DNA of 64,000 nucleotides from Novosphingobium sp. (GCA_031369495.1 JANMOU010000054.1:13195-77194); one strand, 5' to 3'. Counted from the first letter of the stretch, positions 18,104 through 26,972 are shown. The notes: generated by a model not told the origin, from the letters alone. Program-made: numbers and translations.

Positions 18104-19498
18104 ATGTCCCTTCCCCAAGTTATCATCATCGGCCGTCCCAACGTCGGCAAATCCACGCTGTGGAACCGGCTGGTCGGCAAGAAACTCGCGCTGGTCGATG
18201 ATCAGCCGGGGGTGACCCGCGACCGCCGGTTTGGCGATGCGCACCTGCTGGGGCTCGATTTCAGCATCGTCGATACCGCCGGGTGGGAAGACGAAGACGC
18301 CAACACCCTGCCGGGGCGGATGCGCGCCCAGACCGAGGCGGCGCTGGTCGGCGCAACCGTGGCGCTGTTCGTGATCGATTCGCGCGCCGGGCTGACTTCG
18401 CTCGATGAGGAAATCGGGCGCTATCTGCACGAAAGCACGGTCCCGGTGGTGGTGATCGCCAACAAGGCCGAGGGTAAGGCCGGTGATCACGGGGTCTATG
18501 AATCCTTCGCGCTCGGCTTTGGCGATCCGATCCCGTTCTCGGCCGAGCATGGCACCGGGATGGCCGATCTGTTCGAAGCGCTGCTGCCGCTGCTCGAAGG
18601 TGATCAGCTGCCCGAAGACGAATTCGAACCCTTTCCTGAAGAGGACGAGGAAGATGAAGAGGTACTCAACAAGAAGCCGCTCAAGCTCGCAATCGTCGGG
18701 CGGCCCAATGCCGGCAAAAGCACGCTGATCAATGCGCTGCTGGGCGAAGACCGGCTGCTGACCGGGCCTGAGGCCGGAATCACCCGCGATTCGATTGCGA
18801 TCGAGTGGGAATGGACCGATCCCGCCACCGATGAAGTCCGCCCGGTCCGGTTGATCGACACCGCCGGGATGCGCAAAAAGGCGCTGGTGGTCGACAAGCT
18901 CGAAAAGCTGGCTGTGGCCGATGCCCGCCACGCGGTCGATTTTGCCGAAGTCGTGGTGCTGCTGCTCGACGCCACCCGGGGCCTCGAGCATCAGGACCTC
19001 AAGATCGCCAGCATGGTGATCGAAGAGGGCCGCGCACTGATCGTGGCGATCAACAAGTGGGACGTGGCCGAAGATGCCTCGGGCCTGTTCAACGGGGTCA
19101 AGGCAGCGCTGGAAGATGGCCTCAGTCAGGTCAAGGGCCTGCCGGTGCTGACGCTGTCGGCGCGGACCGGCAAGGGCCTTGATACCCTGATCCAGACCGC
19201 CTTCGAACTGCGCACGGCCTGGTCCAAACGCGTGCCGACCGCGTTGCTCAACAAGTGGTTTGACGAGGCGCTGGCCAAGAACCCGCCGCCCGCACCCGGC
19301 GGCAGGCGGATCAAGCTGCGCTATATTACTCAGGCCAAGACCCGTCCGCCCGGCTTTGTGCTGTTCGGGACCCGGCTCGACGCCTTGCCCAACAGCTATC
19401 AGCGCTATCTGGTCAACTCGATGCGCCGCGATCTGGGCTTTGATGCGGTCCCGGTGCGGCTGATGCTGCGCAGCCCGAAGAACCCGTTCAAGAGTTGA
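18104..19498 (+). CDS. der: ribosome-biogenesis GTPase Der (EngA)
   Basis: Two tandem G domains (GRPNVGKSTL twice), DTAG motifs and a C-terminal KH-like domain. Trimmed to MSLPQVIIIGRPN. Confidence 0.93.
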   Translation: MSLPQVIIIGRPNVGKSTLWNRLVGKKLALVDDQPGVTRDRRFGDAHLLGLDFSIVDTAGWEDEDANTLPGRMRAQTEAALVGATVALFVIDSRAGLTSLDEEIGRYLHESTVPVVVIANKAEGKAGDHGVYESFALGFGDPIPFSAEHGTGMADLFEALLPLLEGDQLPEDEFEPFPEEDEEDEEVLNKKPLKLAIVGRPNAGKSTLINALLGEDRLLTGPEAGITRDSIAIEWEWTDPATDEVRPVRLIDTAGMRKKALVVDKLEKLAVADARHAVDFAEVVVLLLDATRGLEHQDLKIASMVIEEGRALIVAINKWDVAEDASGLFNGVKAALEDGLSQVKGLPVLTLSARTGKGLDTLIQTAFELRTAWSKRVPTALLNKWFDEALAKNPPPAPGGRRIKLRYITQAKTRPPGFVLFGTRLDALPNSYQRYLVNSMRRDLGFDAVPVRLMLRSPKNPFKS

Positions 19499-19501
19499 TT
19501 C

Positions 19502-19520
19502 CTCCGCCAAGGGGGCGGAG
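19502..19520. terminator. short GC hairpin between convergent der and bfr
   Basis: CTCCGCC-aaggg-GGCGGAG directly after the der stop. Confidence 0.4.
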
Positions 19521-20000
19521 CTAGCTCCCCGCCGCTTCGCTTTGCAGCTGGATGTAGTTCTGCAGGCCCATCCGCGCGATCATTTCGAACTGCTTTTCGA
19601 GGAAGTCGACGTGCTCTTCCTCGTTGCCGAGGATCTCGGCAAAAAGGTCACGGCTGACGTAGTCGCGGACTGTTTCACAGTGGGCCACGGCCTCGCGCAG
19701 CAGGGGGATTGCTTCGTGTTCGGTGGCGAGGTCAGCCTTGAGGATCTCCTCGACGTTTTCGCCGACATGCAACCGCCCGATCGCCTGAAAATTGGGCAGA
19801 CCCTCCAGAAACAGGATCCGGTCGGCCAGCTTGTCGGCGTGCTTCATCTCATCGATCGATTCGTGGCGTTCGTACTCGGCGAGTTTCTTGACCCCCCAGT
19901 TGTCGAGCATCCGGTAATGCAGCCAGTACTGGTTGATCGCGGTCAGCTCGTTGAGCAGCGCTTTGTTGAGAAACTCGATGACCTGTGCGTCGCCCTTCAT
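19521..20000 (-). CDS. bfr: bacterioferritin
   Basis: MKGDAQVIEFLNKALLNELTAINQYWLHYRM and ferroxidase-centre Glu/His pattern. AGGAGG SD before the trimmed ATG. Confidence 0.93.
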   Translation of the reverse strand: MKGDAQVIEFLNKALLNELTAINQYWLHYRMLDNWGVKKLAEYERHESIDEMKHADKLADRILFLEGLPNFQAIGRLHVGENVEEILKADLATEHEAIPLLREAVAHCETVRDYVSRDLFAEILGNEEEHVDFLEKQFEMIARMGLQNYIQLQSEAAGS

Positions 20001-20060
20001 GACGGCCTCCTTTGCGCCAGTCTTATGCGCGGGGCGGACAGGGCGAACAAGCAAAATCAG

Positions 20061-20080
20061 CCAAAGAATCGGCGCAAATC
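20061..20080 (-). promoter_or_regulatory. candidate iron-responsive operator upstream of bfr (GAATCG core)
   Basis: CCAAAGAATCGGCGCAAATC lies 61-80 nt upstream of the bfr ATG and resembles the bfd-upstream site. Confidence 0.25.
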
Positions 20081-20116
20081 AGCGGCTCTTGGTGCTGCTG
20101 TTGCGAACAGCTTGCT

Positions 20117-20305
20117 TCACGCGGGAACGCGGGGGCGGGCGCTCAGACGCTCTTCGATGATGATCTCGGTCGCCTCGTCGAGGCACTGGCCGCACTGCGG
20201 TACTTTGCCGAGTGCGGCATAGACCGTGTCGACGTCGCCGGCATGCTCCCGCGCTGCTTGGCGCAGCCCGCAGTCTCGGATCGCATTGCAGACGCAGATG
20301 AACAT
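20117..20305 (-). CDS. bfd: bacterioferritin-associated ferredoxin, (2Fe-2S)-binding
   Basis: Trimmed to MFICVCNAI. Cys pairs C-x-C and C-x-x-C (CGQC). Confidence 0.85.
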   Translation of the reverse strand: MFICVCNAIRDCGLRQAAREHAGDVDTVYAALGKVPQCGQCLDEATEIIIEERLSARPRVPA

Positions 20306-20332
20306 TGCGGCACTCCAGTGAGTCGGAGGCCT

Positions 20333-20351
20333 AATAATGCGAATCGCTCGC
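20333..20351 (-). promoter_or_regulatory. candidate Fur-type box upstream of bfd
   Basis: AATAATGCGAATCGCTCGC matches 12 of 19 positions of the GATAATGATAATCATTATC consensus and lies 28-46 nt upstream of the bfd ATG. Confidence 0.3.
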
Positions 20352-20359
20352 AATAGCAA

Positions 20360-21589
20360 CTAGCGTTTGAACGCAGCCCACTGCCGATCGGTCAGCGAGC
20401 GCCACAGCCACTCCAGCGGGCCGTGCCTGAAGTGCGCCAGCCAAGGCTTGCTCCAGCCCAGCACCAGCGCCCAACCGAGCAGGACGAACAGCCACTGCCC
20501 TGCCGCGCCGTACTGGCCGAACAGGCCCAGGCCCCAGCCGTAGAAGATGAAACACATCATCACGGTGCAGGCGATGTAATTGGTGAAGGCCATCTGACCG
20601 GCGGCTTCGCAGCGCCTACCCAAACCGGACGCCAACAGACGCGGAGCAGCCAGCACCAGCAGCGCGGCATAGCCCAAGGCCATCAGCAAGTGCGGAAAGC
20701 TTAGGCCATAGCGGATCATCAGGTGCATCATCAGTTCGGGATAGCCGGCCGGATGGGCCCAGGCGGTGAAAGCAAGGGTCAGCGCGAGCCCTGTACCGGT
20801 CCCGCCCAGCGCCATTCCCCACAGCCATCGGCGCGGCCACTGTCCAGCAAAGAACGCGCCTTTCAGCAGCGCCATCCCGATCAGGACATAGCTTAGCGTC
20901 TCGCCCCAGTTGTAGGCCACCATCGCCAGCGGATAGTCGGGATGCTTGGACAGCCGGGTGGTAACTTCGGTGGTGTAACTGGACAGCGTCGCCTGCCGAT
21001 CCTCGCGGTCCTCGGTGCGATGATCGGCGATGATACTCGCGAGTTCCGCGCGCTCCGTTGCTGTTGCGGTGCCCGCCGCGACTCTCCCTTCCACCAGTGC
21101 GCCCTGCGTCCAGTGTGATGCGCCCCAGGCCTGCCAGACGGTGAAAACAAAGACCGCGATCATCGCCAGTTGCCAGCCCGGCGGCCGCCGCAGGAACAGC
21201 GCGCCGAGCCCGACACAGGCATACAGGAACAGGATATCGCCATCCCAGAACAGCGCAAAATGAAGCAGCCCGAACAGCGCCAGCCACAACAACCGCCGCA
21301 CTTGCAGGGCGTGGCCGTCCAATCCGGCAGCGTCCTTGCGCTCGATGTAGAGCAGCAGACTGGCCCCGAACAAGATCGAGAACAGCGCCCGCATCTTGCC
21401 TTCGAAGAAGACCAGCATGACGGCAAACGCCCAATTGTCGGCCGCGCTGCCGGTGGTCGGCAGGTTGGGGGAGTAACTGGCGGCGCTGGGCGCCGCGAAA
21501 CTGGCGACATTGACTGCCAGAATGCCCAGCACCGCCACCCCGCGGATCAGGTCAAGCGTGCGAATCCGGTCAGTTGGGCTGGCGGGCAC
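20360..21589 (-). CDS. DUF418/YeiB-like polytopic membrane protein
   Basis: N-terminal DLIRGVAVLGILAVN motif and about 10 TM helices. Confidence 0.75.
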   Translation of the reverse strand: MPASPTDRIRTLDLIRGVAVLGILAVNVASFAAPSAASYSPNLPTTGSAADNWAFAVMLVFFEGKMRALFSILFGASLLLYIERKDAAGLDGHALQVRRLLWLALFGLLHFALFWDGDILFLYACVGLGALFLRRPPGWQLAMIAVFVFTVWQAWGASHWTQGALVEGRVAAGTATATERAELASIIADHRTEDREDRQATLSSYTTEVTTRLSKHPDYPLAMVAYNWGETLSYVLIGMALLKGAFFAGQWPRRWLWGMALGGTGTGLALTLAFTAWAHPAGYPELMMHLMIRYGLSFPHLLMALGYAALLVLAAPRLLASGLGRRCEAAGQMAFTNYIACTVMMCFIFYGWGLGLFGQYGAAGQWLFVLLGWALVLGWSKPWLAHFRHGPLEWLWRSLTDRQWAAFKR

Positions 21590-21592
21590 CGG

Positions 21593-22720
21593 CTAGCCCG
21601 AAATGGCCACGCATTCGAACCCGGCAGCTTTCAGCTTCGAACAGGCGGCCTGGGCAGCGGCCTGACTGGCAAAGCCGCCGGCTTGCAATTTGGTCACCGC
21701 CCCGGCCTTCACATTGAGCCTGGGATGCCCGGCCAGTTCTGGCCGCGACCTGACCCGGTTCCACAGCGCATCGGCGTTCGACAATTGCCCGAATGCACCG
21801 AGCTGAATCCGCCACTTGCCAGTCGCTGTCGGGGCAGGAGCCGCTGCCGGGGCAGAAGCCGGAGCCGGTGTAGGACGCGGGGCAGGCGGAGTGGCGGCGG
21901 TAACAGCGGACGGCGCGCTGGTCTTGACCTTGATCGGCGCCGGAGCTGGCGCGGGAGGCGGGGTGCGGCGGGTGTAGTCCGCCCCAGCGGTGGCGGGGCT
22001 GTCATTCCCGGCAACGCGGCCCGCAGCGCTGATTGCAGTGCTGGCCGAAGCGACAGTCGGGCCTTTGACCGGAACAGGCGCAGGCGCCGCTTCGGCTGGC
22101 ACTTGTGTGCCCAGATCGGCTGAGGCCATCTGGCGGGCGCGGGTCGCGTCGGCCTGGGCTTGAAGCTCTCCGGCCATGGCCACGCCCTGCTGGCGCTCGG
22201 CCAGCGGGATGTATTCGTCCATCTGCTGCAAGGCGGGGCCCGCCTGCGGCAGGCCTTGCTGGCGGGCCAGGCTGAGCAGGGCATAGGCGCGCGGCCAGTC
22301 CTTGGGCACCAGATCGCCGTTGAAATGCGCGATCCCCAGCAGATACTGAGCGCGCGGATCGCCGCGATCGGCAGCGGCACGGATGAACGGCAGCGCGCGG
22401 GCCTTTTCGCCGCGTTGGAACAGCAGCAGTGCGTAATTGTCGCTCGCTTGCAGGTGGCCGAGCGCGGCGGCCCGCCCGAACAGCTCCTCGGCCTTGGCCA
22501 GATCCTGCGGCACGCCCTTGCCCAGCTTGTAAGCCTGTCCCAGGTTGAACATCGCGTCAGCATCGCCCTTGGCCACCGAGGCCTGCCATTCGCGGACCGC
22601 CGCGGGGAAGTCTCCCCGGGTCCAGGCATCGACCCCGGCCTTGGTATCGGCCTGCGCCGGAGCAGAAAGAATCGCCCCGCAAGCGGCGGCGATGGCGGCG
22701 ATCAAGATTTTGCGGCCCAT
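21593..22720 (-). CDS. exported Sel1-repeat protein with Pro/Ala linker and C-terminal SPOR domain
   Basis: Signal peptide, Sel1-type repeats (AMFNLGQAYKLGKGVPQD..), and a C-terminal WRIQLGAFGQLSNADALW...GFECV SPOR-like module. Confidence 0.75.
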   Translation of the reverse strand: MGRKILIAAIAAACGAILSAPAQADTKAGVDAWTRGDFPAAVREWQASVAKGDADAMFNLGQAYKLGKGVPQDLAKAEELFGRAAALGHLQASDNYALLLFQRGEKARALPFIRAAADRGDPRAQYLLGIAHFNGDLVPKDWPRAYALLSLARQQGLPQAGPALQQMDEYIPLAERQQGVAMAGELQAQADATRARQMASADLGTQVPAEAAPAPVPVKGPTVASASTAISAAGRVAGNDSPATAGADYTRRTPPPAPAPAPIKVKTSAPSAVTAATPPAPRPTPAPASAPAAAPAPTATGKWRIQLGAFGQLSNADALWNRVRSRPELAGHPRLNVKAGAVTKLQAGGFASQAAAQAACSKLKAAGFECVAISG

Positions 22721-22971
22721 CCAAAAATTCCCGTTCTGCTGCGCCCGGCCTTAGCCTTTGCCGGGGCCTGATGGCACCGGATCGGTTGGCTGGGCAGATT
22801 TGCCTAGTAAAGTGTCATAGTAAACGCTGTTTTAGCAATGGATTAATCGGCCGCAGAAAGTGGCTTTGGGCGCCAATGTGATCGCCCGCGTTAACTCAAA
22901 ATTAGGAACGATCTGCGATCCCCGCCGTCAACTCCAATTAGTTTTGACGCATTTTCTTAGGGGGAACGGCT

Positions 22972-23691
22972 TTGCGAGTACTGGCATTGGCATCGCAGAA
23001 GGGCGGATCGGGCAAGACAACCTTGTCCGGGCACCTCGCTGTGCAGGCCCAGCGGGCAGGCGCAGGACCGGTCGTTTTGATCGATATCGATCCGCAAGGC
23101 TCGCTGGCCGATTGGTGGAACGAGCGTGAGGCCGAATTCCCCGCCTTTGCCCAGACCACTGTCGCGCGGCTGGCCGCCGATCTTGCGGTATTGCGTCAGC
23201 AAGGTTTCCGTCTGGCCGTGATCGATACCCCGCCTGCAATCACCATGGCGATCCAGTCGGTGATCTCAGTCGCCGAATTGATTGTTGTCCCGACTCGGCC
23301 CAGCCCGCACGATCTGCGCGCTGTCGGTGCCACGGTCGATTTGTGCGAACGCGCCGGCAAGCCGCTGATCTTCGTGGTCAACGCCGCTACGCCGAAAGCC
23401 AAGATTACTTCGGAAGCCGCCGTCGCGCTGTCGCAGCACGGCACAGTTGCCCCGATTACGCTTCACCACCGCACCGATTTTGCAGCCTCGATGATCGACG
23501 GCCGCACAGTGATGGAAGTCGATCCCAATGGGCGCAGCGCGGCCGAAGTGACCTCGTTGTGGAACTACATTTCGGACCGGCTTGAAAAGAATTTCCGCCG
23601 CACTGTCTTCGCCGCGCCGACCAGCGTGACCAGCACCCAGGGCGTTCACCGGCCGGCCGGGGGCTTCGGCCGCCGCGTCGCTGGATCCTAA
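22972..23691 (+). CDS. small ParA/MinD-superfamily ATPase (type Ib, ParF-size, no N-terminal HTH)
   Basis: Deviant Walker A ASQKGGSGKTTL, DIDPQGS, Walker B-like LAVIDTPP. TTG start preceded by an AGGGGGAA SD. Confidence 0.85.
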   Translation: MRVLALASQKGGSGKTTLSGHLAVQAQRAGAGPVVLIDIDPQGSLADWWNEREAEFPAFAQTTVARLAADLAVLRQQGFRLAVIDTPPAITMAIQSVISVAELIVVPTRPSPHDLRAVGATVDLCERAGKPLIFVVNAATPKAKITSEAAVALSQHGTVAPITLHHRTDFAASMIDGRTVMEVDPNGRSAAEVTSLWNYISDRLEKNFRRTVFAAPTSVTSTQGVHRPAGGFGRRVAGS

Positions 23692-23706
23692 GGGAGCACG
23701 CGGGGC

Positions 23707-24171
23707 ATGAGCGATCTCAAACCCGTTGCTTCGCTGAACCCGAAGCTGCTCGCCCGCAAAGGCGGTGCCCGCCCGGCGATGCGCGCCGCGATGAGCGCGC
23801 TGGCGGTTTCGCAGGGTGATCAGGACGACGATCTCGGCTGGAACGACATGGGCCATGATGAAGGCGGCGAAGTCGTCTCGATCCATGGCGATGTGGCCCT
23901 GCCCGAAGTGGTCCGCCAGCAGCGCGGCCTGTCGAATCAGATTGGCTCGCACAAAGCTGCCAAGGAACGCCGCTCAGCCCTGCAAGACGGCCGCCGCGCG
24001 GCCTTCACGCTGCGGCTCGATGCCGAACGCCACCTCAAACTGCGCCTCGCCTGCACCATCAAGGGCCGCAGCGCCCAGACGCTGGTGACCCAGGCGCTCG
24101 ATAACCTGATTTCTGAACTCCCCGATGTCGCGCAATTCGCCGCCCAAGTGGCGAACACGCGCAAAAACTGA
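23707..24171 (+). CDS. hypothetical protein, possible ParG/CopG-like ribbon-helix-helix partner
   Basis: 154 aa, starting 15 nt after the ParA-like gene. Has a basic N-terminal peptide (KLLARKGGARPAMR), an acidic linker and a C-terminal AAFTLRLDAERHLKLRLACTIKGRSAQTLVTQALDNLI (strand-helix-helix pattern). The fold is inferred only. Confidence 0.5.
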   Translation: MSDLKPVASLNPKLLARKGGARPAMRAAMSALAVSQGDQDDDLGWNDMGHDEGGEVVSIHGDVALPEVVRQQRGLSNQIGSHKAAKERRSALQDGRRAAFTLRLDAERHLKLRLACTIKGRSAQTLVTQALDNLISELPDVAQFAAQVANTRKN

Positions 24172-24190
24172 TCAAGAACGGAGACCTCCC

Positions 24191-25666
24191 ATGAAGTCCA
24201 ACCGCATCCGCCGCAATGTCCTCCCGCTGGGACTGGCTGGGGTTATGGCCGTGGCCATCGCTGCTGGCGCCGGGTTCAACCCCAGCGCGGTCGTGGCCAA
24301 GCCGACACCCGACAAGGTGCTGGCCGAAGCGCAAAAGGCGCTGTCGAAGGGACAGACCGACAAGGCGATCAGCCTTGCCGAAGGACTGGTTGCCGCCAAT
24401 CCGCGCGAAGCGAGCTATCGCGCGCTGCTGGGTCACGCTTATCTGCGCGCTGGACGCTTCGAATCGGCGGTGCAATCGCTCAACGATGCGATGAAGCTGG
24501 GCGACAATTCGGCCCGTACCGCGCTCAGCCTTGCGCTCGCCAATGTCGGCGCCGGCAAGAATCGCGAAGCCGTGGCGATCCTCGATGATTGGCGCGATGC
24601 CATTCCGGCGGCTGACCTGGGCCTGGCCTATGCGCTGGCCGGTGAAAGCAACCGCGGCGTTGCGATCCTGGCGGATTCGCTGCGCGGCGGCGATAACACC
24701 CCTAAACTGCGCCAGAACCTGGCCTATGCCTACGCCCTCGATGGTCGCTGGCGTGAAGCCCGGGTGATGGCTGCCCAAGACGTTCCCGCCGATCAGCTTG
24801 ACCGCCGGATCAGTGACTGGGCCCACAAGGCCAAGCCCGAAGATGGCCGCCTGCGCGTTGCCAGCCTGATCGGCGCGCCGGTGCGTTCTGATAGCGGTAT
24901 GCCTGCCCAGCTGGCGCTCAATGCCAGCTCGGATCAGGAACAGCTCGCCGCCGAAACCGCAGCGCAGCCCAACCCGACCCCGGTTGCCGCCGTTGTCGCC
25001 AATGGCGAACTGCCAGCCGCTAGTGAAAACCCGGTTGAACTGGCCCAGTATCAACCGGTCGCTGCACCGGCTTCGTTGCCGCAACCAGCACAGGCCGAAG
25101 TGGCTCCGGCTTCGGTTCCGGCTCAACAGACCTTTGCGGCGACCTTTGGGGAACCGGCCAGTGTGGCGATGCCCGTAGTCGCTCCGTTCAATGCGCCTGC
25201 AGCCAAGTTTCAACCGAAAGCGCCGGTCCGCGTTGCGGTCGCTGCTCCGGCCGCGCTCAAGCCGGCCCTTCGCCCGCGCCGGGCTGCGGCTCCGGTGATT
25301 GGCAAGGGTACCAGCCACGCAATCCAGCTCGGTTCGTTCTCGAGCGAGCAAGGCGCCCGCCGGGCCTGGGGCTATTACGCCAAGCGCAATCCTGAACTGC
25401 GCACTTTCAAGATGAAGATCACCCCCGCTATTGTTCGCGGCAAGAGTTTCTGGCGCGTTGCCGCCACCGGCCTTGATAACAATGGTGCGGGCGGACTGTG
25501 CTCGAGAGTCAAATCGCGCGGCGGGGTCTGCTTTGCCTATTCGACCATCGGTCGTCCCGCCAATGCCCCTGCCTATGCCGCCCGGGCCAAGCCCAAGGCT
25601 CCGGTAATGGCCGCAGCCAAGCCCAAGGCGGCTCCCGCCGGGCCGAGCAATGCCCGCAAGAAATAG
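24191..25666 (+). CDS. membrane-anchored/exported TPR-repeat protein with Pro/Ala linker and C-terminal SPOR domain
   Basis: Trimmed to MKSNRIRRNVLPLGLAGVMAVAIAAGAG. TPR-like helical repeats. C-terminal HAIQLGSFSSEQGARRAW...FWRVAATGL SPOR-like module. Confidence 0.75.
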   Translation: MKSNRIRRNVLPLGLAGVMAVAIAAGAGFNPSAVVAKPTPDKVLAEAQKALSKGQTDKAISLAEGLVAANPREASYRALLGHAYLRAGRFESAVQSLNDAMKLGDNSARTALSLALANVGAGKNREAVAILDDWRDAIPAADLGLAYALAGESNRGVAILADSLRGGDNTPKLRQNLAYAYALDGRWREARVMAAQDVPADQLDRRISDWAHKAKPEDGRLRVASLIGAPVRSDSGMPAQLALNASSDQEQLAAETAAQPNPTPVAAVVANGELPAASENPVELAQYQPVAAPASLPQPAQAEVAPASVPAQQTFAATFGEPASVAMPVVAPFNAPAAKFQPKAPVRVAVAAPAALKPALRPRRAAAPVIGKGTSHAIQLGSFSSEQGARRAWGYYAKRNPELRTFKMKITPAIVRGKSFWRVAATGLDNNGAGGLCSRVKSRGGVCFAYSTIGRPANAPAYAARAKPKAPVMAAAKPKAAPAGPSNARKK

Positions 25667-25702
25667 CCTGCCTGAATCAACGGACCGATAAGTCCACGCC
25701 AG

Positions 25703-25731
25703 CCCCCTTCCGCTTACCCAGCGGGAGGGGG
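25703..25731. terminator. GC hairpin between convergent genes
   Basis: CCCCCTTCCGC-ttaccca-GCGGGAGGGGG (1 mismatch), followed by TCTGCGTTT. Confidence 0.45.
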
Positions 25732-25739
25732 TCTGCGTT

Positions 25740-26972
25740 TCAGCTAACCGGAATGCCGCCTTTGAACAGCGCCAGCACCCGGCCCTGCACGCCTTGCCGG
25801 TCAAACGGGGTGTTGCCGGCAGTGGCGGCCATCTTGTCCGAATTGACGATCCACGGCTTGTCCGGATCGATCAGCGCCAGATCGGCCTCTGCCCCCAGTT
25901 CGAGCCGCCCGGCGTTGACCCCCAGCAGCACCGCCGGATTGCTGGCCAGCAGCTCGAAGGCGCGGGGCGTATCGATCACGCCATCGCGGACCAAACCGAG
26001 CGTCAGAGCCAGCAATGTCTCCGCCCCGGCCATGCCCGGTTCGGCATCGGCAAAGGGCAGACGCTTGTCTTCGGGGCCGCGCGGATCGTGGCCCGATGCG
26101 ATCACGTCGATGGTTCCATCGCCCAGCGCTTCGAGCACGGCCTGCCGGTCATCGGCGCTGCGCAGCGGCGGGGACAGGCGGGTAAAGGTCCGAAAATCGC
26201 CGATCGAGACGTCCGACAGCATGAAATGGGCCGGAGTGACCCCGGCAGTGATAGCCATCCCGCGCGCCTTGGCGGCGCGGACCAGTGCCAAGGCGGCCCG
26301 GGTCGTGACTTGCCGGAAATGGAGCCGAGCGCCGGTCAGTTCGGCCAGCGCAATATCGCGGGCCACCGCTAGCGCTTCGGCTTCGGCCGGAGCCGCTGGC
26401 AGGCCCAGCCGGGTTGCCATCTCGCCCGCCGTCGCCACCGCTGTGCCCGCCAGCCCGCCATCTTCGGCATGGGTGACCAAGGTCAGCTCCAGCATTGCGC
26501 AATAGGACAGCAGCCGGTGCATCGTGCCCGAATCGGCGATCCAGCGCCGCCCGGTGGCGACCGCCTTGGCCCCGGCATCGCGCATCAGCGCCAGTTCGGC
26601 GAGTTCGGCTCCAGCCAGATCACGGGTCGCGGCCGCCAAGGGATGGACCCACAGGTCGGGCTTGCCGGACTGTGCAGCAAATCGCACCGCGCTCGGCTTA
26701 TCGAGCACTACGCCCTGATCGGGCATCAGCGCAGCCCGGGTGATCCCGCCAAAGTGAAAGGCCGGCTTGTCGATCGCGAACACCCCCAGATCGACCAGCC
26801 CCGGCGCAATCAGCGCGCCTTTGGCGTCGATGGTCAGATCATCGGGGCCCGGATCAGCCCCGCCAATCGCGGTAATCAGGCCGTTTTCGCTGCGCAACGA
26901 GCCTGGCACCGGACGCTTGCCGGGCAGGATCAACTGGCCGTTATAGATCGTCAGCGGACGCGGAGTGCTCAT
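25740..26972 (-). CDS. dihydroorotase-like protein, probably non-catalytic (PyrC' type)
   Basis: Amidohydrolase-fold DHOase similarity, but the N-terminal HxH metal motif reads DLGVF and the DHAPH region reads SGHDP. ATGA overlap with the pyrB stop. Confidence 0.8.
   Translation of the reverse strand: MSTPRPLTIYNGQLILPGKRPVPGSLRSENGLITAIGGADPGPDDLTIDAKGALIAPGLVDLGVFAIDKPAFHFGGITRAALMPDQGVVLDKPSAVRFAAQSGKPDLWVHPLAAATRDLAGAELAELALMRDAGAKAVATGRRWIADSGTMHRLLSYCAMLELTLVTHAEDGGLAGTAVATAGEMATRLGLPAAPAEAEALAVARDIALAELTGARLHFRQVTTRAALALVRAAKARGMAITAGVTPAHFMLSDVSIGDFRTFTRLSPPLRSADDRQAVLEALGDGTIDVIASGHDPRGPEDKRLPFADAEPGMAGAETLLALTLGLVRDGVIDTPRAFELLASNPAVLLGVNAGRLELGAEADLALIDPDKPWIVNSDKMAATAGNTPFDRQGVQGRVLALFKGGIPVS

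Noticed and set aside
18041-19510. 489-aa ORF antisense to der
   Set aside because: It is the mirror frame of a strongly conserved gene in GC-rich DNA. The product is Arg/Gly/Pro/Ala-rich and low-complexity, with no motifs. This is a typical GC artefact.
21530-21600. Apparent 1-nt frame discrepancy (a possible frameshift in the DUF418 gene) when I hand-translated around CACCC/GCGG
   Set aside because: The supplied ORF track translates cleanly through this point on both strands, and coordinates agree again further on. This is most likely my own misreading of a C-run, so I made no pseudogene call and used the track coordinates.
24059-25804. 581-aa ORF antisense to the TPR-SPOR gene
   Set aside because: Same reasoning as above. 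It also runs across the intergenic terminator and into the convergent pyrC' gene, which is implausible for a real gene.
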